Translations under genes and position numbers: made by a program
Shown here: positions 52,127 through 61,769 of the stretch, piece by piece
Numbering within the stretch: the first letter of the stretch is position 1
How the letters are laid out: every line of letters starts with the position of its first letter
DNA from: Ramazzottius varieornatus
Lineage: Eukaryota > Animalia > Tardigrada
Length of the DNA: 64,000 nt
Direction: 5' to 3'
Assembly (NCBI GenBank): GCA_001949185.1
Contig: BDGG01000014.1
Location: forward strand, 589,378 to 653,377
The notes under the pieces: model-generated
Database searches by the model: none
What the model saw: only the letters and a program-made list of their open reading frames with translations
Told to the model about the DNA's origin: nothing

Positions 52127-52691
52127 GACTGCCGTTATCAAAAACGTGGTTGCTACAGCAGAACTGGGATGCCCAATCAATCTACACCACCTGAGCACAT
52201 GTGATATAATGGCGCACTATGTCCCTGAAAAGTTTTCCGGCCTCCTCATACGGAAACTAAAACCGTTTAAATGCCACTGCCAAGTATATCGCAATGGAAA
52301 GATAACCGTCATCGGAGCGCGATCGACGAAGCAGGCTAAAATACTCGCAAATATGTTTTGCCATTTAATCACAAAGCAGGGTTACCAACACGCAGAAGTG
52401 AAAAATTTCAAGGTGGTCAATATTGTGGCTAGCTTCGATCAGCTGAAAACCTTGCCAGATTATTTCGATCGAGTGATGTTTGAACCAGAAAGGTTTCCCG
52501 GAGCTTCGTTCAGACTACTGGAGACAGAAACGACATGTGTGATGTTTCGTTCGGGAAAATGCAATTTTCTGGGTGCTACAACTGAATTAGACATAAAGGC
52601 GGCGGCATTAGAGGTTATGTTGACTCTTTCGTCCGGTGATTCCGCTCCTATCACCAGGGGAACCGACGATACGGCCGATACCCATCTATGA
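52125..52691 (+). CDS. Divergent TATA-box-binding protein (TBP)-like protein, 188 aa, intronless, element-encoded
   Basis: Two TBP repeats: KNVVATAELGCPINL..YVPEKFSGLLIR..QVYRNGKITVIGARS and FKVVNIVASFD..FEPERFPGASFRL..VMFRSGKCNFLGA. Confidence 0.9.
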   Translation: MTAVIKNVVATAELGCPINLHHLSTCDIMAHYVPEKFSGLLIRKLKPFKCHCQVYRNGKITVIGARSTKQAKILANMFCHLITKQGYQHAEVKNFKVVNIVASFDQLKTLPDYFDRVMFEPERFPGASFRLLETETTCVMFRSGKCNFLGATTELDIKAAALEVMLTLSSGDSAPITRGTDDTADTHL

Positions 52692-52905
52692 AATCCGTGT
52701 CAAAGACATCGCTGAGGCTAGCGCTGCTGGAGCTGCTTCGGTCCGACGATGCTTGGTTGGTGCTGCCGTTGCCGCCCAGGAAAATTTTGCCTTCGTCGTC
52801 CGCGGCATAACCATCGAGGTGGTATGGCTGCACGAACACGTCTAAGGTGTCGGGACTGGCCTGGATTGGGGACAGCAGACCAGATTCTCCATGATCATCC
52901 GCCAT
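52651..52905 (-). CDS. Small acidic/Ser-rich hypothetical protein (84 aa) in the Polinton fragment
   Basis: ATG at 52905 just after a strong splice acceptor; overlaps the TBP-like ORF tail-to-tail. Confidence 0.4.
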   Translation of the reverse strand: MADDHGESGLLSPIQASPDTLDVFVQPYHLDGYAADDEGKIFLGGNGSTNQASSDRSSSSSASLSDVFDTDFIDGYRPYRRFPW

Positions 52906-53191
52906 GGGATAGAAATCTAGAACGAAAAAAGACAACATTCAGACCAAACACGGACAGAAGAAAATTCGCACTTCTGCTCAAGCAAAACGCACCTGCACAC
53001 GCTCCTCGCCAGTCCTTTAACCGAGTCTCCTCCGATACGTCGCCTTCTTCACCTGCAAATACAGATGAGCCTACAGAGTGAGAAGTCAGTCTGCAGAACC
53101 GACTTTCCACTTTATACACGGTGGTGACGTCACCCATTGCCGAAGTAAAAAGTAGATTTTGGAAGAGGGATTTCTACTCTATCACTGCCGA

Positions 53192-53581
53192 TCAGAATAT
53201 TACCGTACCTGTAATGCCCGGATACACGCGCCAGAACCTTTCTCCCCGGTAGCGGATATTGCGAGCCACAAAGCTAGTACGGAAGTCACGCATCCAACGA
53301 CGGACAGAAAAGCCACACCCTTGTTGCGTGATGCTCAAGCACAAAGATCGCAGAGCCCGAGTGACGATGCGGAATCCCGAGCTCTCCTCAGGCGGAACGA
53401 CGGCAGCCACATGGCAGAATAAAGCACGACTACAGACGGTGTTGGGATAGTACAGATAGTGACCAAGGCAGAACTGCCCGGTCTTCTGAAACATCCAAGC
53501 TGGATAACATTGGACACAAGAAACGTGTCGTTCAGAACGATGACTCTCACAACCCATCATTTCGTCCTCGCTGTCCGACAT
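53192..53581 (-). CDS. Hypothetical Cys/His-containing protein (MSDSEDE...) in the Polinton fragment
   Basis: ATG at 53581, TATAAA about 40 nt upstream, CxxC and further Cys/His residues. Confidence 0.45.
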   Translation of the reverse strand: MSDSEDEMMGCESHRSERHVSCVQCYPAWMFQKTGQFCLGHYLYYPNTVCSRALFCHVAAVVPPEESSGFRIVTRALRSLCLSITQQGCGFSVRRWMRDFRTSFVARNIRYRGERFWRVYPGITGTVIF

Positions 53582-53669
53582 CTTGGCGACTAACCACATT
53601 TCCGCCTCGTTGTGGTGGATTTATACAGACCACTCTGCATCCAGACGCGGTTTTGCATCTTTGCGTAAA

Positions 53670-53790
53670 TTCCGTCCATCTGATAGCCATCTGCATGCTG
53701 AAATCCAATTTCTCGATAATCATCTGCGTGGTAAAATCCAACCTCGCGGTAAATATCTGCACGGAAAAATCCACCCTCCTGATAAGCATC
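53670..53790. repeat. Degenerate 33-bp tandem repeat (~3.5 units)
   Basis: Recurring ATCTGC..G..AAATCCA; translates on the minus strand as ADxYREvGFxH units. Confidence 0.65.
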
Positions 53791-54489
53791 AGAAAATTTA
53801 AGCCATGCTTTTTATCCTGCCTCAATGACACCAGAACCCATGGACGCTTCGTATCGGGCCATTGTCCGAAAGATGCTCGTGATCCTGGGGCTGGGCACCC
53901 CAATATTCTTCGCCAACAAAAAAGATATACATCTAGTAACCTGCACGATCGGTCTAGTTTTGTATTCAAAGGTTCCTCTCCTTGCTGTGAAAATTGCGCC
54001 CATAATGCCTGTGCTAAAAGTATCTACACCTTTCTCACTAAAATCAAGATGCTGCCTGAGAAAGATAGCCAGGGAAAATCTTTTCCCTTTTCCCGTACCC
54101 TATGATGTCATTTTTTTTCGGTAGAATATGAAATAAAACGATGAAATGAGTAAGGATGTATGTCTGTAGCCTTGGTACGATGACGTAGACCCGACCAAGA
54201 AGATATAAAGTCGTTTACCTTACTCAGTGGGCTTCATAGAAAACATTGCTGAAACGACCGTAATCAGTTAATCCTGAGAATGACCGAAAGTCACAGAACC
54301 TTCGCCTTAAGACCACTAGACGCGCGCACTGAGTCGATTTCCGTTGTTAAGTCGGGGTCGTTACAAAATTTTCGCCAACTATATGCAGTAACAGCAGAGG
54401 CGTGAGAGAAAAATCGTCTATTGCATCTCTCACTGGTCAGATCTGCAGCAGTGGATTTACAGTACAAGCCGGCAGGGATAGATTGGGCC

Positions 54490-54638
54490 AGTACAAAGTT
54501 TAGGCCAAGCGATTCCGAAACAGTGGAACGGAAGTTCGTACGTACGTGTGCAATTCACGCCAATGCACTTTTTGACAATTTTTGTACGGTTAAATTCTCA
54601 AATTTGCCGTCTTTTCCGTTTGGCACAAACTTTGTACT
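54490..54638. repeat. MITE-like copy sharing the core of the 4.0-kb and 38.7-kb elements
   Basis: Core CGAAACAGTGGAACGGAAG..GTACGTACGTGTGCAATT..CCAATGCACTTTT..TTTGTACGGTT; short inverted arms AGTACAAAGTTT / AAACTTTGTACT. Confidence 0.65.
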
Positions 54639-55538
54639 ACGAGGTAAACGTCACAATTCGGGCGTGGTGGTTTTCCCGTCACAATTCGGGCGATGCTGCG
54701 GTATGGGGTGGCAGCACATGTCACGTTTGAATCACAGCTGTGGCGAAAAGCGACAACAGCGCCTCTTCTGGCCTCCCTGTTGAGTTTTTTCCAGGCCTTT
54801 TAGCATTACAGCAACTCTCCTTTCTTCCGAGCACTGTATGTTCAAGATCTAGGCTGTGTTTGTGTTCAAATCTATTTGGCTAGATAGGGAAGATCTTTCT
54901 CCACAAGATAGCATTGAAAACAAACGGATCGAGCCACGAGGTACGAAACTCTAGACCGCCCGAATTATGACGGGAAAATCACTAGGCCCGAATTGCGACG
55001 TTTACCTAGTAGCCCAAACTATCCCCGCGTGCGTGTGGTGACTACAGTGGAGATCTTTGGGTTCATCTTCACTTTTTCGTTTTCGAGCAAACCATTAGCG
55101 ACCAACTATGCTTATAATGCAACTTCGGGTTACTGGGTATTCATGATAAATCATTTGGGGGAACGCATTGCTCCCAAACGTCGGCCATAAAAATTCAAAG
55201 TAATTCACCGATATTTGAACGAAAAATCGGCATCTTTACCTACGTTCCATGCACCAAACGCGGGATGTTTCTTACAACCAATCCAAATGTTTTCTCATGA
55301 GAAAAACGCGGGATGGAGAGCCTGATAAATGGCCTACCGAGTAAGCGGTAAACCGTTGAATCCAAGTGTGGTAGCTTTCTGCAGTGACAAGTCGAATCCT
55401 TCTGAAGGATGTTTTGTAGGTAGTCCTAATTTTACTTTGCTTGTTTTTCGAAATGCCCATCCTCTTCAAAACTTCTGCAGAGCAATCCAATTAACAGATA
55501 CCTGGGCAGCATAAGATTTTAAGGCGACAATGAAATTA

Positions 55539-57022
55539 GGTGAGAGCTCCTCTCACCACTTCTTTAATTGAACCAAATGTGGTGAGATGAACCAGAAAAT
55601 CACCAGTTCACCACCACCACCACGAAAGTGATGTTTCTTGTCACAATCGTTACCAAAGTTCCAGAAATGAGCTTGAGGTTTGCGAGGAACTGGTAGCCGC
55701 AAGGGCTTTGTCAGTTTTGAGCGTTCAAAGTGGCAGATCTAAATGCTGTGATCACCTTGGGAGGCAGTTTTCAGACCTACCAGGAATTTGAACGTTTCAT
55801 GCAACTGTATAAGGACGAGACCTATACCGTTTGGTCGGTGAAGAAAGCACAGAAGCTGAAGGATCAGTACAAGGACACACTTGAGTACAAATTCAAGCAT
55901 CTGGTGTGCAAGCACCATGCTGGATACGAGCCTGTAATGGATACCGAGCGCCATCATACGCGGACTAGCAACACCGGTTGTCTGGCAGAACTGTACCTAT
56001 CAGCAGAAAGCGCACAGAACAGACTTATCATTCGTACCTTCAATAACACTCACAATCATCCTGTATCAGCGGAACTGTATGCTCAGTATCCGGAGAATCG
56101 TCGACTAACGGAAGCCGAAAAGAACGAAGCCCGAGATCTGCGCGCCAACCTTGTCCCAAGTGTAGCCGTTGCGAGGACATTAGCTCAGAAGTCGAACAAA
56201 ATGGTGAGACGTAAGGACATCAATAATCTTCGGTACCGCGACGATACGAAACGTCAAGCTGGAAAGACCGAGATCGACTTGATCAATGAAGTCTTGCACG
56301 ATATGTGAGCTTGTTTGACAGCAAACCAAGCGTGGCGTTGACCTGGCAGGTCAAGCACGAGCTATGGCTGTGCTATTCTCAAGGTGAGGAAGAACTCCGC
56401 TGTCGAAATGAATCAGTACGAGACCAAGTTAACGGCGTCGACTGTGCGTTCTTTGCGCTGACATTTGCTGCTGAAATTGTTGCAAAGAAGAACCCCAGAG
56501 AGGCATCTTTCTCTGGGCAAAGTCTGCGTAGCTGTGTGATCTCGAGTTTTACTGCAAAGAGCGCAACACAGGTTAAGCGTAGACCCGGGCGCGCAGCCGA
56601 GCGAGTTGTTCTGAACTACCAGGACAACTTTACCTTCATTACGCCGGACGACGCGGTGGCGTATTTGGCCCAATGGGCACCGGAGTCGCAACCTAACGCC
56701 GATCGCAGAGTCGTCCCGGAATTATCGTTCTTGAATAGCTGGTTGTCCAAATGAGTATGTACACTGTGGTACTTCTGTGAGTTCTTTGTCAACTCACAAG
56801 ATGATGTGTTCTTCCAGCGACAGATTACGGACATACTACCTAGTTTCTCGTATTTCGGTCACCTCCAGTTGAAATAAAATTCTGGATGGTGGTGCGATGA
56901 GCCGTGGGTGGTGTCAGTAGTTTAAGTATTAGTGGTGAGAGAAGCCCATCGGTGGTGTGTCAATTAAAACCGGTGGTGAGATGAGCCCATCGGTGGTGCC
57001 GGTGGTGAGAGGAGCCCTCACC
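55539..57022 (+). mobile_element. Mutator-like element (MULE), internally deleted, carrying a Ulp1 protease remnant
   Basis: TIRs GGTGAGAGCTCCTCTCACCAC / GTGGTGAGAGGAGCCCTCACC; 9-bp TSD ATGAAATTA (55530-38) / ATGAAATCA (57023-31); GGTGGTGAGA subterminal repeats. Confidence 0.85.
55730..56754 (+). pseudogene. MULE transposase N-terminus (FAR1/ZSWIM3-like WRKY-GCM1 fold) fused by deletion to a Ulp1-like protease C-terminus
   Basis: F.TYQEFE...LVCKH...TGCLAEL...HNHPVS..Y..YPENRRL...KDINNL; then LFDS...QVNGVDCAFFALTFA (Ulp1 catalytic Cys motif); no DDE core. Confidence 0.78.
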
Positions 57023-57682
57023 ATGAAATCAATTCTGACCATAACTGAATTTGAAAATCCGACGAAGAAGTTGAAATCTCGCCGGGCGACTTTTTGAACC
57101 CAAACTGTTTCACTTCATCGGTACTTTGAAATGCCATACAATCTTCGTAAGACTGCACAGACTCCATGTTCGAGATCGGTACTGAACAGCCTGAGAAACT
57201 TGTCGCCTGTATGAGTGTGTCTCCTGTTAAGCGTCATTTGATTTAACGTGGACCATTTTCTGCGTTATCCCGTTGTGTAACGGAATTTCCAGCCGGAACT
57301 TCGCTCGAGTGGCGACCTGATTCCAAATGTTTAATCTGCCCTCGGCCAGAGTCGTGCATCTGGGGTCTCGTTGAAGCGCAAGACGCAGATGAGGAAGGAA
57401 TTAGCTTTGTTTTCAACATTGCTCGGCATATTACCATGTCTCGCTTGAGGCTCGGATATCCGCTTCCCTAGCTGCTCGGTGAACAAGAAAGAGTTCCGTG
57501 ATCAGAACGGAATGGGCGAAGTCGAATTTAATTTACGTTTGTTGTGCGCAGTTCTCTAGTTGAAGAGACCTCTGATATTACAGACAGCCATTAAAGTGTG
57601 TCCACCAGACTATGCTCGTTTGCCATTAGCCACTCTGTATGTCTTCCCTGGTTCGGAAAAACACTGATGATCTTGGTTTAAA

Positions 57683-58720
57683 ATGAATTCCTCCGAACCC
57701 TTTTACCAGCTGCAGGCTAACCTAACGCAAACGTTCGACGGACCCAACTGGACATTTGACCCATGCTTTGCGCTTTGTGTATTAGCTAGCGCTCTTTCGA
57801 CAACCAGCTCAGTTCTGTATCTTTTTATACACGACCGCTCTATCGTGACACCATTCACGATTTTCTTTCTCAACTTACTCATAGCCAATCTTATGCTGTG
57901 CATTTTTTTCTACCCCTTTTTCCTGGTCGACCAACTCTATTTGACATGGCCGATCGGAAATTCGTCATGCACTCTGTACCAATACAGTGCGTGGGTCATT
58001 GCCGGTGCGTTATGCAACACGCACGCCTTGATTGCGCTGAACCGATTCTGGGCAGTGTACTTCCCGGACTCATATCGCCGCAAACACAAGAAGAAGCTCG
58101 CTTTCTACATATGTCTTGGTATGTGGATCTACCTGAACGTCGGATGTCTACCGGGTGTAATTTTGGACCACCTGTGGTATCGTCCTCCGGTGGAAATCAA
58201 AGGCTGTAATTTTGTCACTGATGCTCCAGCAAGCTGGCTGTGGACAGTACAACTGGTCTACTTTGACTTTCCGATTCTGCTTGTTCTGGGTGTCTATCCG
58301 CTGGTGTGCTGGAAGGCAATCAAACGGGTCAGACGGACTATTAGACCAGTGAATGAAGGGCTTTCAGAAACAGCAGCACGTCAGGTATCAAGCCTGCCTC
58401 AAGCAACTGACGCGGCCAAAAGCCCCAATGGGCCTCACCAGGCCCGCCCCAACGTCGGAAGATGTTTTCAGTTTGAGCTGCGCGGAGTGGGTCGGGGTGT
58501 GCCGGTGTTGAGTGCCATGACCTTGATGGTACTGATTGTGTACTTTCCCGATCAACTGGCCTACACTTTGCAGATGATGCTCGATGTCAACATCGACCCT
58601 GTATTACCTGTGGTCTCGAAGCTGTATCTGCTAAGCACGATTCTTGATCCAGTTATGTTCGTTCTGACGGTCAAAAAGGTGCGACAGACATTTCGACGAG
58701 TGTATTTTTGTGGTTTGTGA
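57683..58720 (+). CDS. Intronless class A orphan GPCR, close paralogue of 39359-40417
   Basis: 7TM; long stretches identical to the 39.4-kb copy. Confidence 0.9.
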   Translation: MNSSEPFYQLQANLTQTFDGPNWTFDPCFALCVLASALSTTSSVLYLFIHDRSIVTPFTIFFLNLLIANLMLCIFFYPFFLVDQLYLTWPIGNSSCTLYQYSAWVIAGALCNTHALIALNRFWAVYFPDSYRRKHKKKLAFYICLGMWIYLNVGCLPGVILDHLWYRPPVEIKGCNFVTDAPASWLWTVQLVYFDFPILLVLGVYPLVCWKAIKRVRRTIRPVNEGLSETAARQVSSLPQATDAAKSPNGPHQARPNVGRCFQFELRGVGRGVPVLSAMTLMVLIVYFPDQLAYTLQMMLDVNIDPVLPVVSKLYLLSTILDPVMFVLTVKKVRQTFRRVYFCGL

Positions 58721-58993
58721 CCACTTTGGTCGGAGGTAGCGATGTTTAATTCACCTCAAATGCTTTGCGACGTTATGGACGTCGTCTGAACGAAGCAGTT
58801 TGTTATCGGGTTTTCCCGGTTATTACCGTGCAGCAAATTAGTGTGCTTTGATTTGTCATGAGGCATACTGTGCAATTCCACAGTTAAACTAACAGCGGTA
58901 ACCAGCTGGGTCGGGAAAGTGCGTCCCGCGTTCACGGGAAGTCATAGGGCGTGCACCTCGTGGTACTCACAAATATGTTCGTAAAGACATGAG

Positions 58994-60076
58994 CTACAGA
59001 AAGGGCAAATATGTACGGAGAAAAGAGGTACGCAGTTCCGACAAGGACAACAGGAACCAGACAGGATCCAACACTGCACCCAGCTCGTACAGGATCATGG
59101 ACTTGGAGAACATGCCTGGGACGTCGATATCAAAAATGATGTACAAGGTGAAGTAGAATAGTGCGGGGCTGTAGCAGATCAGGAGGCTTAACGTCATGAG
59201 CGAAACAGCCAGGAACCCACGACTGCCACGCCCACCTCCACACTGCGCATTACGGCAACAACAGGTCGTACCAATTCGTCTACAGTCCTTACGTCCTTCC
59301 GCCTTCGTTGGTAGAGCCGCATTGTTTGCGGTGACCTTTGAGCCCGATGGACTTCTCGGCTCTCCATGCTTGTGCAGGGTTGCCTTGGTGGGATTTTCTT
59401 CGGCAGGTAAAACCCGAGTTCGTAAGCGGCGGACGGTTTTGTAACAGATGACCGGGTAAATTAGCAAGACCAGAACCACCGGCCCGTCCATGAGAACCAG
59501 CTGCGCAAACCACAGCCATTCCTTCGGAGCGTTCGTATTGATGTTACAGCCGTTAGTCTCGACAGGTGGACGGTACAGCAACACGTCCAGGACGATACCC
59601 GGTAGCACCATGACGTGGAGACATACCCAAGCCACGATGATGACAATGAAAGCGAAGAGCTTTTTGTGGTATCGACGATATGTGACCGGAAACGTCACGG
59701 CCCACAGTCGGTTTAGAGCGATGAGGGAATGGCTAACAAAGACGCTGCTACAGAGGACCCAATTTGACCACTGGTAGAATGTGCAAACGGCATTGGGCAT
59801 CCACCATTTTGGATAGAGTTCGGCGATTAACTCGATGGGGTAGTACAGAGTGGCAACCAGGAAGTTTGAGACGAATAAGTTGAGAATGTAGACAGTGAAA
59901 GGAGTGAGCAATGAAGGAGTCAGAATGAAGAGAAGTAACGTCAGTCCGTTGGTGCCGGTGGCGCTGATCTGGATGAAAAGAGTAAAGGAGGGCGTGAATG
60001 TCCAGTTGGGATCGTCGATCAGGCTGGGGCTAGTCTGATATGTTGCGTTGAAGAGAGACGACGAATCGTTGACCAT
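58994..60076 (-). CDS. Intronless class A orphan GPCR, more distant paralogue
   Basis: 7TM; LTPFTVYILNL, LIALNRLWAVTFP..YRR.HKK, YRPPVE..GCN, LDPVW shared with the other two. Confidence 0.9.
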   Translation of the reverse strand: MVNDSSSLFNATYQTSPSLIDDPNWTFTPSFTLFIQISATGTNGLTLLLFILTPSLLTPFTVYILNLFVSNFLVATLYYPIELIAELYPKWWMPNAVCTFYQWSNWVLCSSVFVSHSLIALNRLWAVTFPVTYRRYHKKLFAFIVIIVAWVCLHVMVLPGIVLDVLLYRPPVETNGCNINTNAPKEWLWFAQLVLMDGPVVLVLLIYPVICYKTVRRLRTRVLPAEENPTKATLHKHGEPRSPSGSKVTANNAALPTKAEGRKDCRRIGTTCCCRNAQCGGGRGSRGFLAVSLMTLSLLICYSPALFYFTLYIIFDIDVPGMFSKSMILYELGAVLDPVWFLLSLSELRTSFLRTYLPFL

Positions 60077-61769
60077 CGTGGTCAGGTAAACTAAAAACTG
60101 ATTTTTTTACCCACGCCGGTCTGTTTTACGTAGATTGGCAAGCGCTACAGGCAGGTTGAATAAGGGACGAACTACCTCCGACTTCAAGCAGGCGATGGAA
60201 CTTTGATGACGCGTGGATAGATGGTTATAACTTTCTGACTTATACAGAACGATTCCAAGTTAAGCCTACCTCGCCCACTCTGTTGCGGGTTTTGAAGGTA
60301 TCAGTACAATGATAAATGTCAACCAGACTTGATTCGTGATCGTTGCCATATTTTGCTACGGCGAAATATGTTGTTTCCGCTTGGTCATATAAGGCTCCAC
60401 TTGGTCTTTTATCTGCGGATCTCACGGAGATTGAAGTGCTACGTAAGTATGTAATGGTCCCGGAAAGTTTTACAATCCTTTGTAATATTGTGATAAGGTA
60501 TAGTGCGCCGACCTTTCGTTTCATGTGTCGTTTGCGACTGGCAAATTATTACGTACACCGTTACGTGCGCAACGAGCTTTTAAAGTGCGTTGTCTAATAC
60601 TCAAGCCGTCCTTTTTTAACATCATTCAGTCCCCGTATGTGGTCGGCAATTTGGCCGATCAGTAAAACAGTTGACTCTGGCTGTTTAGATGATTCTTCAG
60701 AACACGAGACACATGCCCGTTTCAAAGCACAGCAGACCATTTTCCAGTGCACTATTTTCCAGCCAACACATCCCACGGAAAGTCAAAATCCACTTGCAAA
60801 TGAAATTATCTCTGATGGGTTCCAGCTAAAGTCAACTTGAATTGATTATGTTGGAGACACAAAGCGGGGCCCACCTCGGCCACATTAGTACAGTATTACT
60901 GTTGCTGGTGATAAGCAAGCTTCCCACGACATAACTGTGATATTTGTCCACGGCACAATATGGCGTTTTCATTTCGGGGTTTCAAGCCTAAGTGAACCCA
61001 TTGTTCAGCGGTTTCACGCAGATTGTGGTCCCACGCAGTATTTGTCAGGAAGGCTCCGGGATCCTTTTTGGCACTCAGTAACACTACGAAGAGCTTAGCT
61101 TTCTCTCACAAAAGACATGCCACTTAGATCATCTCCACAAATCTACATGCAAGCCTTCAACCAGAGTGAGTTGAGCTCTCGTCTCGGAGGTTGGTTGCCC
61201 GAACGGTTAAAAAGGCATCAGGTTTATGGGAGACTGCTAACAAGGCTGTGCCGCACCACAGATCTCCACAGTTGCTGGTTGGATCAGCCGGGTGCACGTA
61301 TCCGCCCATTCCTGTAGAGCTGTGCGTGTCGCCTTTGATATGTTACAATGGGGCACGACAAGCAAATGCTTAGTATTGTGCTTGCACTCATTTATGAGCT
61401 TGGCCGAGGTTGTCGCAATTCTTGGTCTGTGCGCCAACACAGATTTGATACCGTGTTTCCACCTTTCCAATACTACCGCGTTACACAGCTGTAAGACCAA
61501 GAGCTCAGCTGACCCTGTATAAACTCTTCATTCATCATTTCGCCTGTTTCTGTGCCGAACATTCAGTCCTTATACAAATCAGTTTGAGGTTCAATTAGAG
61601 AAAACAAGTACACTTTCCACTGCACCCTTTCCCGTAGATGAGGACATCCTGCTGTACCATTATGCAATAAGACTTTCATGCACAGGGCTAAACTGCCTCA
61701 CGTCCAGTCAAAGCTTAGACTCTAAATCACTGTAAACCATGTAATCACCAATCAACATTGTCGAAGATC

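Larger units (their letters stand above)
50275..54100. mobile_element. Polinton/Maverick (adintovirus-like) fragment; boundaries approximate, no TIR or pPolB seen
   Basis: Tightly packed, mostly intronless cassette: rve integrase, small Pro-rich ORF, QKGGF core protein, A32-like ATPase, plus accessory ORFs. Confidence 0.85.

Noticed and set aside
52125-52691. Calling this the host TBP gene
   Set aside because: Intronless, no N-terminal extension, very divergent, and embedded among Polinton genes.
54100-55500. Search for the Polinton terminal inverted repeat or pPolB
   Set aside because: No AG-rich terminus with a partner repeat and no polymerase motifs seen; the right boundary is left approximate.
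60240-61730. Short ORFs that might be a decayed transposase
   Set aside because: No recognisable motif; cannot support a call.
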